From: Bailinhaonella thermotolerans
GTDB taxonomy: Bacteria; Actinomycetota; Actinomycetes; Streptosporangiales; Streptosporangiaceae
Assembly (NCBI RefSeq): GCF_003594875.1
Contig: NZ_QZEY01000015.1
Coordinates: 1-64,000, forward strand
Direction: 5' to 3'
Length of the DNA: 64,000 bases
Shown here: in pieces, positions 37,302-46,339 of the stretch
Layout: the number at the start of each line of letters is the position of its first letter
Position numbering within the stretch: the first letter of the stretch is position 1
Translations under genes and position numbers: made by a program
Notes under the pieces: model-generated
The model's database searches: none
Seen by the model: the letters and a program-made list of their open reading frames with translations, nothing else
Told to the model about the DNA's origin: nothing

Positions 37302-38605
37302 AGCTCCCCCTTCCCGGCCGGAAGCGCCGCGGCCCCGGCGAAGACCCCGTCCGGATCGTGCGTGGCCCGCAGTTCCGCGAGCCGGGCCAGCGAGGCCGGG
37401 TCGTACGCCTCCCGGGCGAGCGGCGCCGCCGAGGGCCCGCCGAGGAAGTTGGCGAACCGCAACCCCGTGCTCCAGGGGGCGAGCGCGTCCAGCGGCGCCG
37501 GCTCGGGCGACACCGTGAGCACGGCGTAGGCCGCGTCGCGGTGGCCGAGCGCGCTGTCCTGGCCGGTCCTGCGCGACAGCGCGCCGCCGAGGTGCCGGGC
37601 CGCCGTCACGATCGCGCGGTCGTCCAGGTCGAGCAGGCGCTCGGCCGGCAGGTCGCGCAGCATCAGCGAGGTCTCGTGGTAGGCGTTCGGCTCGGTCGGG
37701 TCGTTGTGGACGTGGGCGACGTCGCCGTACGGCATCTCGCCGACCGCGTCGATGAGCGGCGCGGCGACGGCGCGCAGCGGGCGGACCAGCGCCTCGCCCT
37801 CCATCGCCGAGCCGGTGAACGCCACGGTGACCTGCACGCTCAGCCTCCCGCGCAGCGGCGCGGGCACGCCCTCGGCGTCCGGGAGGCGCAGCAGCGCGAT
37901 CGAGGAGTTCATCTCCTCGGGGACGCCCCCGGTCCACTCCCGCCAGGCCGCGAGCAGGTCCCGCGCCGCGTCGCCCCCGAAGTAGAGCGAGCCGCCGTGG
38001 AGCCGCCGCACCGGCACCAGCCCGAACTCCACCTCGGTGACCACGCCGAAGCCGCCCTTGCCGCCGCCGCGCAGCGCCCAGAACAGGTCGCCGCCGGTCA
38101 CCGTGATCTGCTCGCCCGCCGCCGTGACCAGCTCGAACGCGGTAACGCGGTCCGCCGCCCAGCCGTACGTCCGGCCGAGCACGGGCAGGCCGCCGCCGAG
38201 GGTGTACCCGACCACGCCGACCCGCGGCGACGACCCGTTCAGCGGGGCCAGCCCGTACGCCGCCGCGGCCCGCACGACCTGGTCCCAGCGGGCCCCGGCC
38301 CCGGCACGGGCGGTCCGCCGCACCGGGTCCACGCGGACGCCGTCCATGCGGCGAGTGCTGATCAGCAGGCCGCCGGCGGCGGGGAGGGCACCGCCGTGGC
38401 CGGTCGCCTGCACGGTCACGGGCAGCCCGCGGGCGGCGGCGTGGCGCACGGCCTCCGCGACGTCCCCGGGGCCTGTCGCGCCCACGACGATCTCCGGGCG
38501 GTGCTCGACGGCCAGGTTGAAACCGCTCGTCTCCCGCCGATATCCGTCCTGGCCGGGCGTCCACACCGGACCCCGGACCTGTGGTGACTGCTGGGTCGAT
38601 CTCAT
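37298..38605 (-). CDS. FAD-linked oxidase (PCMH-type FAD-binding domain, BBE/6-hydroxy-D-nicotine-oxidase-like)
   Basis: N-terminal FAD_binding_4 (RPEIVVGATGPGDVAEAVRHAAARGLPVTVQATGHG; GYTLGGGLPVLGRTYG). Start taken at MRSTQQ (38605) because the longer ORF would overlap the LysR box. Confidence 0.8.
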   Translation of the reverse strand: MRSTQQSPQVRGPVWTPGQDGYRRETSGFNLAVEHRPEIVVGATGPGDVAEAVRHAAARGLPVTVQATGHGGALPAAGGLLISTRRMDGVRVDPVRRTARAGAGARWDQVVRAAAAYGLAPLNGSSPRVGVVGYTLGGGLPVLGRTYGWAADRVTAFELVTAAGEQITVTGGDLFWALRGGGKGGFGVVTEVEFGLVPVRRLHGGSLYFGGDAARDLLAAWREWTGGVPEEMNSSIALLRLPDAEGVPAPLRGRLSVQVTVAFTGSAMEGEALVRPLRAVAAPLIDAVGEMPYGDVAHVHNDPTEPNAYHETSLMLRDLPAERLLDLDDRAIVTAARHLGGALSRRTGQDSALGHRDAAYAVLTVSPEPAPLDALAPWSTGLRFANFLGGPSAAPLAREAYDPASLARLAELRATHDPDGVFAGAAALPAGKGEL

Positions 38606-38664
38606 GGGGCCCACCCCATCGCGGACGGGCCGGGCGAACCAGCGGTGATCCGCTCGTACTGTTA

Positions 38665-38683
38665 TCACCTATCGTGATAAATG
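38665..38683. promoter_or_regulatory. LysR-type T-N11-A box (TTATCAC-N5-GTGATAA)
   Basis: Perfect 7-bp dyad arms immediately upstream of the LysR start (38693) in the divergent region shared with the FAD-oxidase/MFS operon. Confidence 0.7.
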
Positions 38684-38692
38684 GAGGTCGGG

Positions 38693-39565
38693 ATGGAGTT
38701 GCGGCAACTGGCGTACTTCGTCGCGGTGGCCGACCACGGCGGCTTCGCGCGGGCGGCCGAGAGCCTGCACATCGTGCAGCCGGCGGTGAGCCAGCAGGTC
38801 CAGCGGCTGGAGCGCGAGCTGGGCGTGCGGCTGTTCGACCGCTCCACCCGGCACGTGCGCCTGACCGACGAGGGCGCGCGCCTGCTGCCCGAGGCCCGCG
38901 CCGCGCTCGCCGCCGCCGACCGGGTGCGGCAGGTCGCCGCCGACCTCGTGACCGGGGCCTCCGTCACGCTGCGGCTGGGCACGAGTCCCGGGCCGGGGCC
39001 GCAGGTCTACCGGGTGCTGGAGGAGCTGGCCGGGGTGCGCGCCCGGCTGGTCAAGGTGCCCCTCGCCGAACGGCTGGCCGGGGTGCGGTCCGGCGAACTG
39101 GACGCGGCGCTGGTCCGGTCGCTGCCCGCGGTGCCCGGGCTGGAGCTGATCCCGGTCTGGTCCGACCCGCTGATCGTCGCCCTCCCGGCCGACCATCCGC
39201 TGGCCGCCGAGCCGGTGCTGCGCCTGGAACAGCTCGGGGACCTGCCGCTGCGCCTGGCGCCCCGGGAGAACAACCCGCCGTTCCACGATCTGATCACCGC
39301 CGCCTGCCGTACGGCGGGCGTGGATCCCCCGGCGGGCCCGCCGTTCACGACCCTGCAGGACACCCTCGCCGACCTGGCCTCGGGGTTCCCCTCGTGGACG
39401 GTGTTCTACCCGGTGCAGTCGGAGCTGCCGCGGGTGCGCAGCGTCGCCTTCCGGCCGCTGGCCGAGCCGGTCGCCGTGACCTACCTCGCGGTGCCCCCGG
39501 GGCCGCCCGCCGTGCCGCTGCGGCACCTGCTGGCGGCCTGCGCGAAGGTGTTCCCCGAGGTCTGA
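38693..39565 (+). CDS. LysR family transcriptional regulator
   Basis: N-terminal HTH MELRQLAYFVAVADHGGFARAAESLHIVQPAVSQQVQRLEREL, then a C-terminal substrate-binding domain. Confidence 0.88.
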   Translation: MELRQLAYFVAVADHGGFARAAESLHIVQPAVSQQVQRLERELGVRLFDRSTRHVRLTDEGARLLPEARAALAAADRVRQVAADLVTGASVTLRLGTSPGPGPQVYRVLEELAGVRARLVKVPLAERLAGVRSGELDAALVRSLPAVPGLELIPVWSDPLIVALPADHPLAAEPVLRLEQLGDLPLRLAPRENNPPFHDLITAACRTAGVDPPAGPPFTTLQDTLADLASGFPSWTVFYPVQSELPRVRSVAFRPLAEPVAVTYLAVPPGPPAVPLRHLLAACAKVFPEV

Positions 39566-39578
39566 CAGGATCGTTCGG

Positions 39579-40376
39579 GTGCGTATCAGCCTGGCCACCG
39601 AGCCCGCCCGCCCCGGACGGATCAACGAGGACCACGTCGCCGCCACCCCGGACACGATCGTGGTGCTCGACGGCGTGTCGACCCCCGAGGGGTTCCCGCT
39701 CGGCTGCCGCCACGGCACCCCCTGGTACGCCCGCGAGCTGTCCACCGCGATCCTGCGCCACGCCGCGCCTCAGGTCCCGCTCCCGGAGGCCGTGGCCGCC
39801 GCGATCGCCGAGGTCGCCAAGGCCCACGGCCCCGGCTGCGACCTCACCCATCCCGACCAGCCGGCCGCCGCCCTGGCGGTGGTACGGCGGGCCGCCCGCG
39901 CCGTGGAGTACCTCGTCCTCGCCGACTGCGTGGTCGTCCTGGACACCGGCGACGAGGTGGCCGCGATCACCGACGACCGGCTCGCCCGCCTCCCGATCCC
40001 CGAACGCGAGGCCGCCCGCGGCCCCGGCCGGGACCGCGCGGCCGCCGAGGCCCTCATCGCCGCCAAGCGCCCCCTCCGCAACCGCCCCGGCGGCTACTGG
40101 GTGGCCGAACTCGACCCGTCCGCCGCCCACCACGCCGTCACGGGCGCGGCCGAGGGCGTCCGCCGCCTCGCGGTCCTCACCGACGGCGCGTCCTGCCTGG
40201 TGGACGCCTACGCCCGGACGACCTGGCCCGCCCTCCTGGACCTGGCCGAATCCCAGGGCGCGCAGGCGGTGATCGCCGAAGTCCGCCGCGCCGAACTCAC
40301 CGACCCCGCGGGCACCCGCTGGCCGCGCCACAAACCCCACGACGACGCCACCCTCGCCTACGCCCACCTGCCCTGA
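39579..40376 (+). CDS. PP2C-like (PPM-family) phosphatase-domain protein
   Basis: NEDHVAA...IVVLDGVSTPEG and ...VLTDGASCLVD resemble PP2C metal-binding motifs. 14 bp downstream of the LysR stop. Confidence 0.55.
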   Translation: MRISLATEPARPGRINEDHVAATPDTIVVLDGVSTPEGFPLGCRHGTPWYARELSTAILRHAAPQVPLPEAVAAAIAEVAKAHGPGCDLTHPDQPAAALAVVRRAARAVEYLVLADCVVVLDTGDEVAAITDDRLARLPIPEREAARGPGRDRAAAEALIAAKRPLRNRPGGYWVAELDPSAAHHAVTGAAEGVRRLAVLTDGASCLVDAYARTTWPALLDLAESQGAQAVIAEVRRAELTDPAGTRWPRHKPHDDATLAYAHLP

Positions 40377-40425
40377 CCGCCTCCCCCTTCCCTCCCGGCC
40401 CGTGATCCATCCCCGCCCGTGATCT

Positions 40426-40498
40426 TGCGATTCCGCGCCGGCCCCTCACGGGCCGAGGCTTCGGGTGGTGCCGGCGGGGGTGCCGGGCCGCACGATCC
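40426..40498. repeat. Third copy (right end degenerate) of the CCCGTGATCTTGCGATTCCGC MITE-like element
   Basis: Left end cccgtgatcttgcgattccgcgcc is identical to the 35758 copy. Interior ccgaggcttcgggtggtgccggcggg is homologous. The right IR has decayed to ccgcacgatcc. Confidence 0.65.
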
Positions 40499-40536
40499 TG
40501 GAGAGGTTCTTCGCCTTGGCGCGGGGGCGTCGGGGG

Positions 40537-42366
40537 TCAGGAGGTGACGCGGACGTCGTCGACGGCGGATTCGACGAGGGAGGCGGGGTCGGCGTCGGTG
40601 GCCTCTATCTGGAGGCGGATGGTCTGGCCTGCGTAGGGGGTGAGGTCGGCGGTGGCCTGCCGCCAGGTGGCGGGGACCTGGCTGGCGGAGGCGGGGCGGT
40701 CGAGGATCGTCGCCGTCGTCGTGGGGGTGATCACGCGGACGCGGAGGTGGTCGGCCGCCGAGGCGTTGTTCAGGTGGGACAGGTAGTAGGACAGGGTCAG
40801 CGTGGGGCGGGTGCCGGCCGGGAGGGCGATCTCGGGGGAGCGGACGCTGGTGGTGCCGCCGTCCACGTCGCCCGCGCCCGCCGAGGAGCCCGCGGCGCGC
40901 CCGGTGACCAGGGCGTTCGTGCCGCTGACGGTCGTGCCGGACTGGATGGTGGCGCCGTTGTACGTCGTGGGCTCGGGGTCGCCGCGCTCCCAGCGGCCCG
41001 AGGTCGCGGTGTCGGCGCCCGCCGCGTTGACCGTCCAGCCGCGGTCGGACTCGAAGTCGTCGGCGAACAGCGGGGGCGTCGTCGTCCGGGGCGGGAAGCG
41101 CACGACGCGGTCGTCCTCGGGGACCGGGGTGCCGCGGCCGTCGCGGTTGCTCGTCAGGATCCACAGGTGCCCGTCGGGCGCCACGGCCACGTGCCGCAGC
41201 CTGCCGTACGTCCCGTTGAGGACGGAGTCGGGGGTGCCCGCGCCGCCGGAGCCGGTCAGCGGGACGCGCCAGAGGCGGGTGCCGCGCAGCGCGGCGGCGA
41301 ACAGGGTGTCGCCGGCGATCGCGGCGCCGCTGGGGGAGGCCTCGGCGGTGGTCCACGTGACGATGGGGTTGCGGAATCGGGGGTCGGTGCCGGTGCCCTC
41401 GACCGTCGGCCAGCCGTAGTTCCCGCCCGCGACGATGTGGTTGACCTCGTCCCAGCGGTTCTGGCCGAACTCGGTGGCGTACATCAGGCCGCGCGCGTCC
41501 CAGGCGAGCCCCTGCACGTTGCGGTGGCCGAGCGTGTAGACGAGCGACCCGCCGGTCGGGTTGTCCGGCGGGACGGTGCCGTCCGGGCGCATGCGCAGGA
41601 TCTTGCCGCCGAGGCTCTGCGGGTTCTGCGCGTTGGCGGTCTGGCCGGCGTCGCCGGTGCCGGCGTAGAGCATCCCGTCGGGGCCGAAGTGGATCCGGCC
41701 GCCGTTGTGGATGCTCGCCTTGGGGATGCCGGACCTGATGACCTGCGGGGTGATCGTGCCGCCGAGGCGGAAGCGCACGACGCGGTTGTCGGCGCTCGCC
41801 GTGAAGTAGGCGTAGACGTACCCGTCCTGGGCGTACGACGGGGACACCGCGATCCCCAGCAGCCCGCCCTCGCCCCCGGGCACGACCCCGGGCACCCGCG
41901 CGACCTCCTGGGCCGCCCCGCCCGGCCGTACCTGGAGGATCCGGCCCGAGTTCCGCTCCGAGACCAGCGCGCTCCCGTCGGGCAGGAACGCCAGCCCCCA
42001 CGGGATGGCCAGGCCGCTCGCCACGACCTCGGGCCGCGTGAAGTCGAAGTCCGCGAGCCGCGCGGACGCCGCCGCGTCCCCGGGCCGCGCGGACGCCGCG
42101 TCCCCGGGCCGCGCGGAGCCGGCCGAGCCCCCCGGCCGGGCGGTCACCGTCGCGGCCGGCACGGCGGAGGCGGGCGGCGTGGCGGCGGGCGGCGCGGCCG
42201 TGCCGCCCGGGGCGGGCGCGTGCGTGGCGCCCGCGGACGCGGTGATCGTGGGCCGGGGTACGGCGGGGCCGCCCGCGACCTCGCCGTGGGCGGGGGAGGA
42301 GAGGGCGGCCGGGGCGGCCAGGGCCAGGATGGCGGTCACGACCGGCGTCAGGCGGGGCTTCATGCG
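40537..42366 (-). CDS. Secreted PQQ-dependent soluble sugar/aldose dehydrogenase (YliI/sGDH-like beta-propeller) with C-terminal extra domain
   Basis: Signal peptide MKPRLTPVVTAILALAAPAALSS. sGDH motifs GLAFLPDGSALVSER..., HNGGRIHFGPDGMLY, GHRNVQGLAWD. Confidence 0.8.
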   Translation of the reverse strand, partial: RMKPRLTPVVTAILALAAPAALSSPAHGEVAGGPAVPRPTITASAGATHAPAPGGTAAPPAATPPASAVPAATVTARPGGSAGSARPGDAASARPGDAAASARLADFDFTRPEVVASGLAIPWGLAFLPDGSALVSERNSGRILQVRPGGAAQEVARVPGVVPGGEGGLLGIAVSPSYAQDGYVYAYFTASADNRVVRFRLGGTITPQVIRSGIPKASIHNGGRIHFGPDGMLYAGTGDAGQTANAQNPQSLGGKILRMRPDGTVPPDNPTGGSLVYTLGHRNVQGLAWDARGLMYATEFGQNRWDEVNHIVAGGNYGWPTVEGTGTDPRFRNPIVTWTTAEASPSGAAIAGDTLFAAALRGTRLWRVPLTGSGGAGTPDSVLNGTYGRLRHVAVAPDGHLWILTSNRDGRGTPVPEDDRVVRFPPRTTTPPLFADDFESDRGWTVNAAGADTATSGRWERGDPEPTTYNGATIQSGTTVSGTNALVTGRAAGSSAGAGDVDGGTTSVRSPEIALPAGTRPTLTLSYYLSHLNNASAADHLRVRVITPTTTATILDRPASASQVPATWRQATADLTPYAGQTIRLQIEATDADPASLVESAVDDVRVTS

Positions 42367-42563
42367 GACTCCCAGGGTCGCGGGCGCGGCCCTCGTCCCA
42401 CCCGCCCCGGGACGCGCGCGGGCGGAAGGGCCCTCCGTCCCGTTATCCCGACCCGCCCGCGCGCACGTCAACCCATACGCCCCGGCGTCACCCTCCTTAA
42501 CCTTTAAGACTCTTGCCCGGAAGGCCGCGGTTTCCGGCGGGCCGACGCGGGCAGTCGGCAGTC

Positions 42564-43067
42564 ATGATGAGGCGCCTGATGTCCGGAGCCGCCGGCGGAG
42601 CCCTGGCCACGGCGGCGATGAGCGCGGTGATGTACGCCGGCGACAAGGCCGGCCTGATGCCCGACCAGCCGCCCAAGCGCATCACCCGGGCCGTCCTGCC
42701 CGGCGGCCGCTCCCTGCCCAAACCCGGCGAAGGGGCCTTGGGCCTCGTCTCCCACTTCGCCTTCGGCACCGCCGCGGGTGCCCTCCTCTCCCTCCTGCGC
42801 GGGAACCGCCGGGTGCCCCCCGCCGCCGGCGCCGCCTACGGCCTGGCCATCTGGCTGGCCAGCTACCAGGGCTGGGTTCCGGCCATCGGCGCCCTCCCCC
42901 CGATCACCCGCGACCACCCCTCGCGGGCCGCCCTGATGGCCGCCGCCCACATCGCCTACGGCACCACCCTCGCCACCGCGCTCAACCGGGCCCGCCCCAC
43001 CCCTCCGACCCCCTGGCCCCCCGCCGCCCAGCCCGCCACCACTCCCCACCACACCCCCGCCTTCTGA
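42564..43067 (+). CDS. Hypothetical membrane protein
   Basis: Three or four hydrophobic helices. No motif recognised. Confidence 0.5.
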   Translation: MMRRLMSGAAGGALATAAMSAVMYAGDKAGLMPDQPPKRITRAVLPGGRSLPKPGEGALGLVSHFAFGTAAGALLSLLRGNRRVPPAAGAAYGLAIWLASYQGWVPAIGALPPITRDHPSRAALMAAAHIAYGTTLATALNRARPTPPTPWPPAAQPATTPHHTPAF

Positions 43068-43214
43068 CCCCGCCCCAGACGCCCCCTGGCCGCCCCATCA
43101 GGCACCGCCCGCCGCCGCCGAGCCGTACCGCGTCGTCGGCGGCTCGCCCTCCTCGAAGGCCCGACAATGGGGGGTTTCTTGACAAGGGGAATTGTCGGGC
43201 GGCAGGGTTGGGGG

Positions 43215-43844
43215 ATGTTCGAGGTGGCGGTCATCGAGGATCCGGCGGCGGCCGAGGTGTCGCTCGATCCGGTGCGGGCCCGGTTGCTGGCCGAGCTGGC
43301 GGAGCCCGCCTCGGCGGCGACGCTGGCGGGGCGGGTCGGGCTGCCCCGGCAGAAGGTGAACTATCACCTGCGCACGCTGGAGCAGCACGGGCTGGTGGAG
43401 CTCGTCGAGGAGCGGCGCAAGGGGAACATGACCGAGCGCGTGATGCGGGCCACCGCCGCGTCCTACGTGATCTCCCCCCAGGCGCTGGCGGCGGTGCAGC
43501 CGGACCCGGCGCGGGCGCCCGACCGGCTGTCGGCGCGGTGGCTGCTGGCGGTGGCGGGGCGGCTCGTGCGGGACGTGGGGGCGCTGATCACGGGTGCGGA
43601 GCGGGCCGGGAAACGCGTCGCCACGTTCGCGATCGACGGCGAGGTGCGGTTCGCCTCCGCCGCCGACCGGTCCGCCTTCGCGCGGGAGCTCGCCGAGGCC
43701 GTCACCCGGCTTGTCGGCAAATACCATGACGAGTCGGCCAGAGGCGGGCGCGCTCACCGGATCGTCGTCGCCGTCCACCCGGCCGCGCCCCCGGCCGAGG
43801 CGGAACCGTCCCCGGCCGCGCCGTCCACCGCCGGGGAGGACTGA
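43215..43844 (+). CDS. ArsR/SmtB-like HTH transcriptional regulator with C-terminal extension
   Basis: DPVRARLLAELAEPASAATLAGRVGLPRQKVNYHLRTLEQHGLV winged-HTH. Stop overlaps the next start (TGATG). Confidence 0.75.
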   Translation: MFEVAVIEDPAAAEVSLDPVRARLLAELAEPASAATLAGRVGLPRQKVNYHLRTLEQHGLVELVEERRKGNMTERVMRATAASYVISPQALAAVQPDPARAPDRLSARWLLAVAGRLVRDVGALITGAERAGKRVATFAIDGEVRFASAADRSAFARELAEAVTRLVGKYHDESARGGRAHRIVVAVHPAAPPAEAEPSPAAPSTAGED

Positions 43845-44590
43845 TGGGTCACCGCTTCGAGACGTCCCACGAGACCGAGGTGGCCGCGACGCCCGAGCAG
43901 GTGTGGGAGGCCATCGCCACCGGGCCCGGGATCACCTCGTGGTTCATGGGGCGCAACGAGGTCGAGCCCGGCGAGGGCGGGGTGGTCCGGCTGGCGTTCG
44001 GCGACTACAGCCCCGAGCAGCCGATCACCGCGTGGGACCCCGGGCGGCGGCTGGCGTACGGCGCCGAGCCCGGCCCCGACGGCCGCTTCGTCGCCTACGA
44101 GTTCCTGGTCGAGGGCCGGGAGCGCGGAAGCGCGGTGATACGGGTCGTGACCAGCGGATTCCTGCCCGGGGACGACTGGGAGGACGAGTTCGAGGCGATG
44201 TCGCGGGGCGGCGCGCTCTTCTTCCGCACGCTCGTGGAGTACCTCGGCCGGTTCGCCGGCCGCGCGGCCACCCCGATCACCGTGGCCGGGCCCCCGGCAC
44301 CGGATCTGGACCACGCCTGGGCGGCCCTCCGCAAGGCCCTCGGCCTCCCGGGCGTGACCGCGATCGGCGACCGCGTACGGCTCGCGCCCGGCGGCGGCCT
44401 GCCGGAGATCGACGGCGTCGTGTACTTCGCCGACGACCAGGCCCTCGGCGTCCGCGCCGGCGACGCGATGTACCGGTTCGTCCGGGGCTTCTTCGGCGCC
44501 TTGGTCGTCCAGCACCTCGTCTTCGCCGACGTGGACGTCTCCGCCGCCGAATCCGCCTGGTCCGCCTGGCTCACCCCCCTCTCCGCCTGA
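43844..44590 (+). CDS. SRPBCC / AHSA1-like domain protein
   Basis: ATPEQVWEAIATGPGITSWFMG is the typical start of the Aha1/SRPBCC family. The ArsR-SRPBCC pairing is common. Confidence 0.7.
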   Translation: MGHRFETSHETEVAATPEQVWEAIATGPGITSWFMGRNEVEPGEGGVVRLAFGDYSPEQPITAWDPGRRLAYGAEPGPDGRFVAYEFLVEGRERGSAVIRVVTSGFLPGDDWEDEFEAMSRGGALFFRTLVEYLGRFAGRAATPITVAGPPAPDLDHAWAALRKALGLPGVTAIGDRVRLAPGGGLPEIDGVVYFADDQALGVRAGDAMYRFVRGFFGALVVQHLVFADVDVSAAESAWSAWLTPLSA

Positions 44591-44652
44591 CCGCCCCTCG
44601 CCGCCCGCCCGGCACCCGAGGGGGCGCGGTGGCCCCCGTGCTTGCCTTAATC

Positions 44653-44689
44653 GACAACTAGGTTTACCTTAATGGGCAACCAGGTTGTC
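44653..44689. promoter_or_regulatory. Near-perfect palindrome GACAACTAGGTT-N13-AACCAGGTTGTC in AT-rich leader of the AhpD-like gene
   Basis: 12-bp arms, 11/12 complementary, ~70 bp upstream of the 44758 start. Confidence 0.5.
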
Positions 44690-44757
44690 TTTTTGATCCG
44701 CCGTGCCAGGCCACGGCCGGTCCACAGGCACCACCCCTCGGCGTCCCAGGAGGATCC

Positions 44758-45306
44758 GTGAGCGTCTTCACCACCCACACCGTCGAGACCGCCCCCGCCG
44801 AGGCGCGCGCCGGGCTCGACGCCATCGCCCGCAAGCAGGGCTTCCTCCCCGAGGCCGCAGCCCGCATGGCCGAGTCGCCGCAGGCGCTCAAGGCGTTCCT
44901 GACCGGGCTGTCCATCTTCGCGCAGTCCGGCCTGGAGCCGGTCGAGCGCGAGGTCGTGACCTTCGCCGTGGCCACCCGCACCCGCTGCCACGTCTGCGTC
45001 GCCATGCACACCGGGGTGCTCACCGGGGCGGGCGCCGACCCCGAGCTGATCGCCGCGCTGCGCGCCGGGCGGCCGCTGCCGGACGCCCGCCTGGAGGCCC
45101 TGCGGATCTTCACCCACGCGGTGATGGACCACCACGGCGGCGTGCCCGACGAGGACCTGAAGGCGTTCCTCGACGCCGGCTACACGACCCGCGACTCCCT
45201 CGACGTCGTGCTCGGCGTCGGCGTCTACACCCTGTCCACCTACGCCAACCGCCTCACCGGGGCCGCCGTGGACCCCGCCCTGTCCCGGTTCGCCTGGGAC
45301 GGCTGA
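44758..45306 (+). CDS. Carboxymuconolactone-decarboxylase-family (AhpD-like) protein
   Basis: CMD/AhpD-like helical domain with a Cys/His motif (TRCHVCVAMH). Confidence 0.75.
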   Translation: MSVFTTHTVETAPAEARAGLDAIARKQGFLPEAAARMAESPQALKAFLTGLSIFAQSGLEPVEREVVTFAVATRTRCHVCVAMHTGVLTGAGADPELIAALRAGRPLPDARLEALRIFTHAVMDHHGGVPDEDLKAFLDAGYTTRDSLDVVLGVGVYTLSTYANRLTGAAVDPALSRFAWDG

Positions 45307-45378
45307 CCCGCCCCGCGTCCCGTACGGCGGCGCGGCGGGCGTCGCCGTACCGGACGCGGGCGGAGCGGGGGAGGGCGG

Positions 45379-46245
45379 TCAGGAGTTCTCCGGGATCATG
45401 TCCACGATGCGGATCACGCTGTCGGCCCCGTGGCCCGCCTCGACCGCCCGGCGGATCAGGTCGCGCATCGGGAGCAGGACGTCAGGCCGCAGGCCCAGGG
45501 CCCGGCTGGCCTCGATGAAGTTCGGGAACGCGGTGTCGTTCATGGCCAGGCTGGACACGTCGGTGACGAAGTCCCCCGAGTCCACCTGGGCGGCGGCGGC
45601 CGGCAGGGTCTGGAACATCGCCTGGAGCCACCCGCTGACGTACGGCTCGAACTCGGTCGCGGAGACACCCTCGGCCCTGACCATGGCCAGAGCGTGGGCG
45701 AAACCGCCGTACATGCCGTACATCGCGCTGAGCATGGCCAGGTCGTACAGCGCCGCCCGGCCCGCGTCGTCGCCCAGGTAGCGGGCCTCGGCCAGCACCT
45801 CGAACGTCTCGCGGTACCGCTCGAACGCGTCCGGGTGGCCGCTGTAGAGGATCAGCGCGCCCGGCTTGGCGATCATCTGCGGGACGGCCATGATCCCGCC
45901 GTCCAGGTACTCCGAGCCCGCCGCGAGGGCCTCGGCCTTGCGCGCCTGCTCGGGGGTGCCGTTGGTGAGGTTCACGATCGTGCGGCCCGCGATCGAGCCG
46001 CCGGCCGCCGCGAGCACGTCCTCCACCGAGTCGTGGGTGAGCACGCAGATGATCGTGAGCGGGCCCGCCTCGACGGCCTCGGCCACGGTCGCCGCCTGCT
46101 TCGCGCCCCTGGCGACCAGATCGGCGGCCTTCTCCGGAGTGCGGTTCCACACGGTCGTGGGGTGGCCCGCGTCCAGGAACGCCTGCGCGAGCACCCGGCC
46201 CATCAGCCCCAGGCCGATCACGGTCACGGGAGTCTTGTCGCTCAT
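45379..46245 (-). CDS. NAD(P)-dependent beta-hydroxyacid-dehydrogenase-fold oxidoreductase (imine-reductase-like)
   Basis: N-terminal Rossmann VTVIGLGLMGRVLAQAFLDAGHPTTVWNRT. 6PGDH-like C-terminal helical domain. Start taken at MSDKTPV. Confidence 0.75.
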   Translation of the reverse strand: MSDKTPVTVIGLGLMGRVLAQAFLDAGHPTTVWNRTPEKAADLVARGAKQAATVAEAVEAGPLTIICVLTHDSVEDVLAAAGGSIAGRTIVNLTNGTPEQARKAEALAAGSEYLDGGIMAVPQMIAKPGALILYSGHPDAFERYRETFEVLAEARYLGDDAGRAALYDLAMLSAMYGMYGGFAHALAMVRAEGVSATEFEPYVSGWLQAMFQTLPAAAAQVDSGDFVTDVSSLAMNDTAFPNFIEASRALGLRPDVLLPMRDLIRRAVEAGHGADSVIRIVDMIPENS

Positions 46246-46339
46246 CTTGTACCTCGTCGGATTCGTGGTGGTTCGTTGACGTAGGTCCAGGCTGCGGCGG
46301 GTCACTCCGGATTCACTCAAGGTCGTCTATAGATAGCGT

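Noticed and set aside
40465-42507. 680-aa plus-strand ORF
   Set aside because: It is antisense to the PQQ-dehydrogenase gene.
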